This document shows positions 9,251 to 17,651 of a stretch of 64,000 nucleotides of DNA, piece after piece. The notes under the pieces are model-generated. The model was not told the origin of the DNA and searched no databases. It was given only the letters and a program-made list of their open reading frames with translations. Source of the stretch: Candidatus Aminicenantales bacterium (GTDB taxonomy: Bacteria > Acidobacteriota > Aminicenantia > Aminicenantales > UBA4085); assembly GCA_049515535.1 (NCBI GenBank), contig JBEKTZ010000008.1, forward strand, positions 104,173 to 168,172, in the 5' to 3' direction. A program made the translations under genes and the position numbers. Numbering within the stretch: the stretch's first letter is position 1; each line of letters begins with the position of its first letter.

Positions 9251-9428
9251 ATTTGCAACTCATTTGTTTTCAGCCAATTCACAACTTGTTCATTATAATA
9301 AAGTTATGTGACGTGACGAAATTTTGTGCAAACTGTCGTATCTTCAACAATTTTCGTCAATTTAGCGTTAGGACGGTCCGCTTATCCACACTTTTTCCAC
9401 AGAATTTGTGAATAACTTTCTCTCGCAT
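9251..9428 (-). promoter_or_regulatory. AT-rich (~35% GC) promoter island upstream of the zinc-ribbon gene, containing TATAAT and TTGACG hexamers on the minus strand
   Basis: Sharp local GC drop. Hexamers are read on the reverse complement. It lies between the M50 protease stop and the zinc-ribbon start. Confidence 0.35.
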
Positions 9429-10439
9429 TCATGGCCATAATTGCTTTATGATGTCGATCACATTATACCCTTGGACGGGGTCGGGAATAAAGGACAGAAT
9501 GAAAATAACGAGCGCCAGACCGCCCATGATCTTTCTCCTCGTTCCCAAAGGCATCTCGGCGTCCCAAGTCGGAGGATGTTTCAGGCCGATGAGCAGGATA
9601 GCCGCGGCCCAAACGAGCCAGCCGGCCCAGAACAAGACGCCCAGGACCACGAAGACGCCCAAAAAAATACGGCCGACGGATTTTGACCGCGGACCGAGTA
9701 TCGCGTAAGCGATATGTCCGCCGTCGAGCTGGCCGATGGGAAAAAGGTTCATCGCCGTGACGAGAAGGCCGGCCCATCCGGCGAAGACGAGAGGATGATA
9801 GACGATAGCTTTACCCGGTTCCAGGCTCCCGAAACGAAAAGCCGCCAGGACTTTGAGAAAAAGAGGATCGCCCAGGAAAAGGGTTCCTTCCCTGGACAAA
9901 AGGTATACGGAGTTTTTCGAAGTCAGGAAAAGCCCGGCGACGAGCGTCGGAACCGACAGGACAAAGCTCATCAAGGGCCCGGCGATGCCGACGTCGAAGA
10001 GCTCGCGTTTTCGGGTGATCGGCGACTTGATCCTGATGAACGCGCCCATGGTCCCCAGGAGCGTGGGCGCGGGAATGAAATAAGGAAGAGTGGCCTTGAG
10101 GTGATAGCGGCGGCAGGTTAGATAGTGACCCATCTCATGCCCGAGCAGGATCAGAATGAGGGCCAAGGTGAAAAGCGCGCTCAGGAAGATGATCTGAGGA
10201 TCCTTGAACATCCCGGCATCCATCGCGAGATTCGGATCCCGGCTGATCTCTTCGGCATACTTATAGTTGGCGCTCCAACTCAGGCCGACGAAGAAAATCG
10301 ATAAGGCCGTCAGGACAAAAAGTGAGACGTTCAGCCAGGCCCGGTTCTTCCCAAAGAGCCAGGAAGTCCGCGGCACCTGAGACTGCGGCGCCTGAGGCCC
10401 CGGCGCCTCCAGTCCTCCGTCGATCCGATTCTCGTCCAT
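9429..10439 (-). CDS. M50 family (site-2 protease-like) membrane metalloprotease
   Basis: HEMGHY (HExxH) within a TM helix. Multiple TM segments. Start at MDENR, preceded by a hairpin terminator of the upstream ferredoxin gene. Confidence 0.7.
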   Translation of the reverse strand: MDENRIDGGLEAPGPQAPQSQVPRTSWLFGKNRAWLNVSLFVLTALSIFFVGLSWSANYKYAEEISRDPNLAMDAGMFKDPQIIFLSALFTLALILILLGHEMGHYLTCRRYHLKATLPYFIPAPTLLGTMGAFIRIKSPITRKRELFDVGIAGPLMSFVLSVPTLVAGLFLTSKNSVYLLSREGTLFLGDPLFLKVLAAFRFGSLEPGKAIVYHPLVFAGWAGLLVTAMNLFPIGQLDGGHIAYAILGPRSKSVGRIFLGVFVVLGVLFWAGWLVWAAAILLIGLKHPPTWDAEMPLGTRRKIMGGLALVIFILSFIPDPVQGYNVIDIIKQLWP

Positions 10440-10500
10440 GGGCTTATAAAAAAATAGGAGTGAGACCCTCACTCCTATTTTCAAGAAGTCCTTCTAAATA

Positions 10501-10746
10501 TCAGCCTTTGAGCTTCTTGTGCTTGGCTTCGAGCGCTTCCCGGCTCTCCTTGTGATCGGGATCGGGAACGCAGGAATCGACCGGGCAGACCGCGGCGCAT
10601 TGGGACTGCTCAAAACTCCCGACGCATTCCGAGCACTTGCCCGGATCGATGACATAGATCGTATCGCCCGCGGCGATCGCCTGATTGGGGCACTCAGGTT
10701 CGCAGGCGCCGCAGTTGATACATTCTTCCGTGATCTTGTAAGCCAT
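10501..10746 (-). CDS. 2x[4Fe-4S] ferredoxin
   Basis: [12 protein letters not shown] and [18 protein letters not shown] cysteine motifs. Confidence 0.85.
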   Translation of the reverse strand: MAYKITEECINCGACEPECPNQAIAAGDTIYVIDPGKCSECVGSFEQSQCAAVCPVDSCVPDPDHKESREALEAKHKKLKG

Positions 10747-10777
10747 GAATGATTCTCCTCAATGAAATAAAGATTAG

Positions 10778-10805
10778 ATTATAGCCTTTTTTTTCGAATT
10801 TTCAA
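10778..10805 (-). promoter_or_regulatory. Consensus sigma70 promoter for the ferredoxin gene (minus strand: TTGAAA, 16-nt spacer, TATAAT)
   Basis: Hexamers are read on the reverse complement. GAGGAG RBS and the ATG at 10746 follow. Confidence 0.45.
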
Positions 10806-10819
10806 GCGACCGGTCCCGC

Positions 10820-11476
10820 CTATTTCACGGCCTCGAGCTTCTTAACCTTGAGCGACGCGTCGTATCCATAATAGCTCTGGGCGTATTCCTCTTGGAGCTT
10901 TTTATAAAGTTTCAGGGCTTCCTGGATATCGCCTTTCTTCTCCAGGGCCTCGGCGTGTCGGAAGAGGACGGCGTCGACAAGATAGTCCTTCGGCTTCTCG
11001 TCCTCGATCTTTTTCAAAACGGCGATCGCCCGGTCATAATCGCCCTTCAGGACGGCGATCTGCGCGGCCAGGTCCTGGGCCTGATAATAAAAGAAGTCCT
11101 TGGCCCCGCCCTGGATCTTGCTCAACGCGTCCTGGGCCTTGTCGGACCGGCCCTGTTCGATCCAATAGGTCGCCAGGCTGATATACGCGATCCTGGAAAA
11201 TTTGCCATTGCCGGCCATTTGCTCGAGCTTGGCGACGTTCTCCGGGTTTTTGGCGAGGTCGGCCCGGATGTCCAGGATCTCTCCGACCGTCCCGCTTTCT
11301 TTTTTCACTTGCTGGGCCTTCAGGAACTGAAAACCGAAGAACAGGAGCAGCACAACCGCCGCGGCTGCGGCGGCGATGATGATTTCCCGCTCCCATGTCT
11401 TGACGAACCGCATAAACGCGTTCATGCCCGAGACGAATTCGTCTTCTTTGAGCTTCTTCTTGATCTCTCTTTTCAT
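10820..11476 (-). CDS. YfgM-like single-pass membrane protein with TPR repeats
   Basis: Charged N-terminus, one TM helix (IIIAAAAAAVVLLLFFGF), then TPR-like helical repeats. Architecture of the YfgM/UPF0070 family. Confidence 0.6.
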   Translation of the reverse strand: MKREIKKKLKEDEFVSGMNAFMRFVKTWEREIIIAAAAAAVVLLLFFGFQFLKAQQVKKESGTVGEILDIRADLAKNPENVAKLEQMAGNGKFSRIAYISLATYWIEQGRSDKAQDALSKIQGGAKDFFYYQAQDLAAQIAVLKGDYDRAIAVLKKIEDEKPKDYLVDAVLFRHAEALEKKGDIQEALKLYKKLQEEYAQSYYGYDASLKVKKLEAVK

Positions 11477-11589
11477 GGCGCTTTCCTTTCCTTGAAGGCC
11501 GAGTCCGGATGCGGCCTATTTTTTATCATATTCCCTTTGAAAAGCCAAGAGCGGCTGAAACCCCCGGACGCAAAACGCGGCGTCGAGGC

Positions 11590-12066
11590 TCAGCTGAACA
11601 GTTTTATCGCCAGGGCCGCCAGGTCTTTCGCATAGATATCGCAGGATTTGAGCGACCGTTGGTCCGGACGGCCGATGGACACCGGGCCATAGTGGTCTCC
11701 GCGGGGTTCTCCTTGGATGATCAGGCCGTGGATCAGAAGGGCATTCAGGATATCCAGGACCGTAGTCTCGTTGCCTCCGGCGATATTGCCCGACGAGGCG
11801 AACGCCCCGCCTACACGCCCTTTGAGCTTGCCGTGGAATTTGACGCTCTCGTCCAGAAGCTTTTTCAGAGGCCAGGCCATGGTCCCGTAATACGTCGGCG
11901 AGCCGAAGACCAGGCAATCATAATGGAGGAGGTCGCCGGGAGCCGTGGCTTCGACCTTTTTGAGATCGGTTTCCAGGTCATTCTTGCGGAGGGCATCCGC
12001 GATCCTGATCGCCATCTTTTCGGTATTTCCCGTCTTGGAATAGTAGCAGACAAGAGCTCTTGGCAT
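11590..12066 (-). CDS. Flavodoxin family protein (FMN-binding)
   Basis: Flavodoxin signature YYSKTGNTE near the N-terminus. ~158 aa. Confidence 0.8.
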   Translation of the reverse strand: MPRALVCYYSKTGNTEKMAIRIADALRKNDLETDLKKVEATAPGDLLHYDCLVFGSPTYYGTMAWPLKKLLDESVKFHGKLKGRVGGAFASSGNIAGGNETTVLDILNALLIHGLIIQGEPRGDHYGPVSIGRPDQRSLKSCDIYAKDLAALAIKLFS

Positions 12067-12204
12067 GATCGGTTCTCCTTGGAAGCTTAATCATAGCACG
12101 AAGATCCCGCCGGTGTTAAGTTTCCCCGCGAAAAACCTCTCCGTAAACTGGGTCCGGACCGCCCCGGCGTTGCCAGCGGGTCGGGATTTCATTACACTGG
12201 CTCC

Positions 12205-14508
12205 ATGAAAAAGACTCTTCTTTCCATTTTCTTCCTCGCTTTTCTGGGGATGGCGGCGAGTCCGTGCGCCGCCGAGATCCGGCCTCAGCCGTCGTCCCAT
12301 GATCTCGTTTTTCGCTCGCCGGCCAAGACCTGGGACGAAGCCGTCCCCCTGGGCAACGGAATGGTCGGAGCTCTAGTCTGGCAGAAGGGGGCGAAGCTGC
12401 GGTTATCGCTCGACCGGGCCGATCTTTGGGATCTGCGCCCCGTACCGAATTTGAGCGCACCTGAATGGAAATTCCGCTGGGTGGTCGAGCAGTGGAAGAA
12501 GAACGACTACAAGCCCGTCCAGGACAAGTTCGATAAACCTTATGACGCCGATCCCGCGCCCTCGAAAATCCCGGCAGGCGCCCTGGAATTCGATCTCGCC
12601 GCTTTCGGTTCTCCGGAAAGCGTCCGGCTGTTCGTCAGCGAAGCCGTTTGTCGCATCCAATGGCCGGGAGGAGAGTCGCTCGAGACGTTTGTCCACGCGA
12701 CCAAACCCATGGGCTGGTTCCGGATCAAGGGCGCCGGGAAGGATATTGCGCCCAATCTGATCATGCCTCTCTACCAGGCTGCCGAAGACGGCGGCGACTT
12801 AAATCCCGTCACGGGTCAAGGCCTGAGAAGATTGGGTTATGAACAGGGGCGGGTCCGGCCGGCCGCCGACCTCCTGACCTATCATCAAAAAGGATGGGGC
12901 GAATTCTATTACGACATCGCCGTCGCCTGGAAGCGGAGCGGGGCGGGCGATATCGAAGGCGTCTGGAGCATCAGCTCGAAATTTTCGGACGATAAAAAAG
13001 AATCGTCCGCGGAAGCCATCGTCAGGTCCGAGCTCGCCCGGGGATTCTCCGTGAATTTCGACGAACACGCCGCGTGGTGGAGGAATTTCTGGTCCCGTTC
13101 TTCCGTAACCGTGCCGGACGATGTCCTCGAAAAGCAATGGGTCCTCGAACAATATAAATTCGGCTCCGCCGCCCGGCGCGGCGCGCCCCCCATTTCCCTG
13201 CAGGCCGTCTGGACCGCCGACAACGGAAAGCTCCCTCCATGGAAAGGCGATTTCCATCACGACCTGAACACGCAGCTCAGCTATTGGCCCTGTTACTCCG
13301 CCAATCATCTCGAGGAAGGGCTGGGCTTTCTGGATTGGCTCTGGGAGCTGCGGCCCGTATTCAAGAAGTACACGAAAGCCTATTTTGAAACAAACGGATT
13401 GAACGTTCCCGGCGTCTCGACGCTCGCCGGCGAACCGATGGGCGGCTGGATCCAGTATTCGTTCGGCCCCACGGTCGGAGCGTGGCTGGCCCAGCATTTC
13501 TACCTGCACTGGCGCTACAGCATGGACCGGAAGTTCCTCGAGGACCGGGCCTATCCCTGGATCATGGATGTCGCCGTGCATCTCGACGAATTATCGCGGC
13601 GCGACGAGCGCGGCCGGCGCAGGCTCCCGGCGAGCTCAAGCCCGGAGATCTTCGATAACAGCGCGAAGGCCTGGTTCGCCGAGACCACGAACTTCGACCT
13701 GGCCCTCATCAAATGGACATTCCAGACGGCGGCCGAACTGGCCGCGGAACTCGGCCGGACGGGAGAGGCGAAAAAATGGAAGACGATTCTCGGCGAATGG
13801 CCCGATTTCGCCGTGGATCCGAAGCTCGGCTTGATGTTCGCTCCGGGCGTTCCCTACGCCGAATCTCACCGCCATTTTTCCCATCTTATGGCCTTCCATC
13901 CCTTCGGCCTCATCGATTGGTCGCACGGCCCGAGCGACCAAGCGGTCATCAAAAACACCCTCGCCACGCTCGACAAGATCGGTCCGGATTTGTGGTGCGG
14001 CTACTCGTACAGCTGGCTGGGGAACTTGAAGGCCCGGGCCTTCGACGGCGACGGGGCGGCCCAGGCGCTCAAGATCTTCGCCGCCTGTTTCTGCCTCCCC
14101 AACAGCTTTCACGTCAACGGCGACCAGTCCGGCACGGGCAAATCGAAATTCACGTACCGGCCGTTCACGCTCGAGGGCAATTTTGCCTTCGCGGCCGGCC
14201 TCCAGGAAATGCTCCTCCAAAGCCACACCGGCGTCATCCACCTCTTCCCCGCTGTTCCGGATTCATGGAAAGATATATCGTTCAACGACCTCCGGGCCCA
14301 GGGAGCGTTCCTCGTCTCGGCCAAGAAGACGAACGGCCAGGTGATGGAAGTCCGCATCGTTTCGGAGAAAGGCGGCAAACTGAAGCTCCTGAACCCCTTC
14401 GAGTTCGCCTTCACAGTCGACGGACTCTGGCGGCGTCCCAGCGAAAAGCTCATCGAGCTCGAGACCCGACCGGGCCAGGAGATCCGTCTCGAAGCCCATG
14501 ACGAATGA
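12205..14508 (+). CDS. Secreted six-hairpin glycoside hydrolase, GH95-like (alpha-L-fucosidase family architecture)
   Basis: Signal peptide. ~770 aa. The segment HHDLNTQLSYWP resembles the GH95 N-x-N-T-Q-M-N-YWP catalytic region. Assignment is by motif only. Confidence 0.55.
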   Translation: MKKTLLSIFFLAFLGMAASPCAAEIRPQPSSHDLVFRSPAKTWDEAVPLGNGMVGALVWQKGAKLRLSLDRADLWDLRPVPNLSAPEWKFRWVVEQWKKNDYKPVQDKFDKPYDADPAPSKIPAGALEFDLAAFGSPESVRLFVSEAVCRIQWPGGESLETFVHATKPMGWFRIKGAGKDIAPNLIMPLYQAAEDGGDLNPVTGQGLRRLGYEQGRVRPAADLLTYHQKGWGEFYYDIAVAWKRSGAGDIEGVWSISSKFSDDKKESSAEAIVRSELARGFSVNFDEHAAWWRNFWSRSSVTVPDDVLEKQWVLEQYKFGSAARRGAPPISLQAVWTADNGKLPPWKGDFHHDLNTQLSYWPCYSANHLEEGLGFLDWLWELRPVFKKYTKAYFETNGLNVPGVSTLAGEPMGGWIQYSFGPTVGAWLAQHFYLHWRYSMDRKFLEDRAYPWIMDVAVHLDELSRRDERGRRRLPASSSPEIFDNSAKAWFAETTNFDLALIKWTFQTAAELAAELGRTGEAKKWKTILGEWPDFAVDPKLGLMFAPGVPYAESHRHFSHLMAFHPFGLIDWSHGPSDQAVIKNTLATLDKIGPDLWCGYSYSWLGNLKARAFDGDGAAQALKIFAACFCLPNSFHVNGDQSGTGKSKFTYRPFTLEGNFAFAAGLQEMLLQSHTGVIHLFPAVPDSWKDISFNDLRAQGAFLVSAKKTNGQVMEVRIVSEKGGKLKLLNPFEFAFTVDGLWRRPSEKLIELETRPGQEIRLEAHDE

Positions 14509-14511
14509 TAA

Positions 14512-14818
14512 GCGGGCGCCGTGTTTTTGCGCCACCGGCCGACAGCCAGCGAGGACTATTTGGCGAAAAAACCGTCCGGGGGGGGTGAGCGGGCACGGCC
14601 CTGCTTCGCCTAACGAAGCAGGGAGCGAGCCGACGCCAGAGCCGGTTTCCTCGCCACCGCTCAATCCCCAGCGAGGACTATTTGGCGAAAAAACCGTCCG
14701 AGGGGTGAGCGAGCACGGTCCCGCTGCGCGAACGCGGCGGGGAGCGAACCCCGAGGCCGAGCCGCGCACGCGCTCGCCGGGCGCGCGGGCGGCGTGTTTT
14801 TTCGCCAAATAGTCCGAG
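14512..14818. repeat. Intergenic repeat block: ~2.5 copies of a ~130-155-bp unit. The complete copy is bounded by 20-nt terminal inverted repeats (GGACTATTTGGCGAAAAAAC ... GTTTTTTCGCCAAATAGTCC)
   Basis: Direct repeats begin at ~14549 and ~14671 (CAGCGAGGACTATTTGGCGAAAAAACCGTCCG...GTGAGCG.GCACGG). The inner hairpins differ but keep their pairing. A partial right end (CGCCGTGTTTTTGCGCC) sits at ~14516. Confidence 0.6.
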
Positions 14819-14884
14819 CGTTTCTTGACTTGCTCCAACCCAAATGATAGAAAGACATTTCCCGCATTCTTCAAGGAGGTTCGC

Positions 14885-17551
14885 ATGACAAAAGGACTGA
14901 AAAACCTGATGTTCGGATCGCTGGCCTTTCTTGTCGTAGCCGGATTCCTCGCCGCCCAGACGACGCCCGAGGCGTTCCTGGGCTTCAAGGTCGGCGCGGA
15001 CCGGAAGCTCGCCGATTACAACCAGATCAAGGCTTACTTCGAAAAACTCTCTCAAGAAGCGCCGAAAAAGCTCAAGCTCCTGACCATCGGCGAAAGCACG
15101 ATGAAAAAGCCCATGATCATGGCCGTGATCACCTCGGAAGAGAACATGGCCAAGCTCGACGCTTATCGCGAGATCATCAAGAAATTGCGCGACCCGCGAA
15201 CGCTGTCCGTCGAAGACGCCAGGAAACTGGCCAAGGAAGGCAAGGCGATCGTCCTGATCACCTGCAGCCTCCACTCCACGGAGATCGCCGCGTCGCAGAT
15301 GTCCATGGAGCTGGCCTATGACCTGGTCACGGGCAAGACACCGTTCGACGCCAAAAAGGTCTTAAGCGACGTCATCGTCCTGCTCTGTCCGACGCACAAC
15401 CCGGACGGCATCCAGATGGTCGTGGACTGGTACAAAAAATACTTGGGAACCAAATACGAAAGCGGCAGCATGCCCTTCCTCTATCATTATTACGCCGGCC
15501 ACGACGACAACCGCGATTACTACATGATCAACCTCGCCGAAACCAAGGCAATCACCAAGGTCCTTTATTACGACTGGCTGCCCCAGGTCCACATCGACGA
15601 ACATCAGCAAGGTTCCAACGGCGCCCGGCTCTTCATCCCGCCGCTGATGGACCCGCCGCTTCCCAACATCCAGCCGCTCGTCTGGCGGACGGTCAACCTC
15701 ATGGGAACGGCTATGGCCTACGACCTGCAAAAGAACGGGATGAGCGGCGTCGTCAACGGCCGGAGCTATACCGGCTGGTACATCGGCGCCTGCGACGACA
15801 CACCCTGGCTGCACAATGTCATCGGCATCCTGAGCGAGGCGGCTTCGGTCCGCCTGGCCACTCCCATCTACATCGAGCCGACCGAGATCCCGAAATCTTT
15901 CAACGAAAAAATGATGGATTTCGTCGATCCCTGGCCGGGCGGCTGGTGGCGCCTGCGGGACATCGTCGACTACGAGCTCGTCCTGTCCCAGAGCCTGGTC
16001 AAGACCGCCGCGCTCAACAAGGAAGACCTTCTCTTCAATTTCTATATGATGAACAAGACCGCGGTCGAGAAAGTGGACAAGAACCAGCCCTACGCCTTCG
16101 TCATCTCCGCGAAACAACACGATTACCCGACCATGCTCAAGATGATCGACGTCCTGCAGCTGGGCGGCATCGAGATCTATCAGGCCAAGGCCGATTTCAT
16201 CGCCGGCGATAAATACTATCCGGCCGGCTCCTTCGTCGTGAAAATGGCCCAGCCCTACAAGGCCTACGCCTGGGCGATCCTGGAAAAACAGAAATATCCC
16301 GATATGCGGGAATACCCCGGCGGCCCTCCCCAACCGCCTTACGACAATGCCGGCTGGACGCTCCCCATCCAGATGGGCGTCGCCTGCGACCAGGTCAAAG
16401 AACCGTTCGAGGCCAAGCTCGAAAAAATCGACAAGGTTCCCTATCCGCAGGTTCCGGCGGGGCAAGGGAACGGCGCGTATATCGTCCTGGGCTCACAGAT
16501 CAACGCCTCATATCCGATCGTCTTCGCCCTTTTGAAGGACGCCAAAGCCGAAGTCTGGCGAACCAAGGCCAGAATCGCCAAGAAAGACTATGATATTCCG
16601 GCCGGAAGCTTCATCGTCAAGAACGGGCCCGATATCAAAAAAGCGCTCCCCGGCCTTCAGGCCAAATATCACCTTTCCGTCATCGATCTCGACGACGCCG
16701 CGGACATCGCTAAAGCCCCGCTCAAGTTCCACCGCGTCGGTCTCTACCAGTCATGGCGCGGCAACATGGACGAAGGTTGGACCCGGTACATGTTCGACGA
16801 TCTGGGCATTCCCTATACGACCCTCCACAACGACTATTTCAAGGGCACGAAAGAGAAGAAAACGGACATCAAAGCCGACTACGACGTCATCGTTTTCGCC
16901 GACGAGAACGGGGCCATGATCAAATCGGGAACGCGCGGCGCCGGCGGGCCGGGCGGAGCCGGTGGACCGGGCGGAGCCGCGGGCGGCGGGCCGGCCGCAG
17001 CAGCTCAGCGGCCGACGAGCTCGACGACCCCTCCGGAATATGAAGGCGGAATCGGGCAGGAAGGCGTGGACGCGCTGAAAGCGTTCGTCGAGAAAGGCGG
17101 CACGATCGTCCTGCTCAACCAGGCCTGCACCCTGGCTTTCAGTGAATTCGAAATCCCGGCCCGCAATGCCCTCCAGAGCGTGGACCGGACGAAATTCTTC
17201 TGCCCGAGCTCGGTCCTGAAGATCCTCGTGGACAACGAGACGCCAATCGGCTACGGCATGCCCAAGGAAGCCGGGGCGATGTTCGTCAACAGCCTGGCCC
17301 TGGACACGTCCTCGCCCGGCTTCGAATGGGACCGGAAGGTCGTCGCGAGCTATCCCGAGGACGGCGTTCTCATGAGCGGCTGGCTTGTCGGCGAGGACGT
17401 CATCGCCCGCAAAGCAGTGGTCGTGGATACGAAATACAAGGAGGGGCATATCGTCCTCATCGGCATCCGCAGCCAGAACCGCGCCCAGTCCCACGGCACG
17501 TACAAGTTCCTGCTGAACGGGCTATTGTATCCGGATAAAGAGGAAAAATAA
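14885..17551 (+). CDS. Large secreted M14-like metallocarboxypeptidase domain protein with a Gly-rich linker and a C-terminal domain of unknown function
   Basis: Signal peptide. HxxE (SLHSTE), NPDG and a His-rich region consistent with M14. Linker GTRGAGGPGGAGGPGGAAGGGPAAAA. ATG at 14885 with CAAGGAGG upstream. Confidence 0.6.
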   Translation: MTKGLKNLMFGSLAFLVVAGFLAAQTTPEAFLGFKVGADRKLADYNQIKAYFEKLSQEAPKKLKLLTIGESTMKKPMIMAVITSEENMAKLDAYREIIKKLRDPRTLSVEDARKLAKEGKAIVLITCSLHSTEIAASQMSMELAYDLVTGKTPFDAKKVLSDVIVLLCPTHNPDGIQMVVDWYKKYLGTKYESGSMPFLYHYYAGHDDNRDYYMINLAETKAITKVLYYDWLPQVHIDEHQQGSNGARLFIPPLMDPPLPNIQPLVWRTVNLMGTAMAYDLQKNGMSGVVNGRSYTGWYIGACDDTPWLHNVIGILSEAASVRLATPIYIEPTEIPKSFNEKMMDFVDPWPGGWWRLRDIVDYELVLSQSLVKTAALNKEDLLFNFYMMNKTAVEKVDKNQPYAFVISAKQHDYPTMLKMIDVLQLGGIEIYQAKADFIAGDKYYPAGSFVVKMAQPYKAYAWAILEKQKYPDMREYPGGPPQPPYDNAGWTLPIQMGVACDQVKEPFEAKLEKIDKVPYPQVPAGQGNGAYIVLGSQINASYPIVFALLKDAKAEVWRTKARIAKKDYDIPAGSFIVKNGPDIKKALPGLQAKYHLSVIDLDDAADIAKAPLKFHRVGLYQSWRGNMDEGWTRYMFDDLGIPYTTLHNDYFKGTKEKKTDIKADYDVIVFADENGAMIKSGTRGAGGPGGAGGPGGAAGGGPAAAAQRPTSSTTPPEYEGGIGQEGVDALKAFVEKGGTIVLLNQACTLAFSEFEIPARNALQSVDRTKFFCPSSVLKILVDNETPIGYGMPKEAGAMFVNSLALDTSSPGFEWDRKVVASYPEDGVLMSGWLVGEDVIARKAVVVDTKYKEGHIVLIGIRSQNRAQSHGTYKFLLNGLLYPDKEEK

Positions 17552-17608
17552 GCTCAAAACCGAGAGCGAGCCGTCTCTTCCGGGCGGCGGGCTCACCGTC
17601 CATAAAAA

Positions 17609-17641
17609 AAGGGGCCGCCTTCCGGCAGCCCCTTTTTCTTC
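17609..17641. terminator. Bidirectional intrinsic terminator (A-tract, GGGGCCGCC/GGCAGCCCC hairpin, T-tract) between the convergent M14-like and M42 genes
   Basis: AAAAAAAGGGGCCGCCTTCCGGCAGCCCCTTTTTCTTC read directly. Confidence 0.55.
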
Positions 17642-17651
17642 TCTAAATGAA

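Noticed and set aside
14512-14818. Possible CRISPR array
   Set aside because: Only ~2.5 repeats with a 120-155-bp period, and no short unique spacers between short direct repeats. There are terminal inverted repeats instead, and no cas genes in the window.
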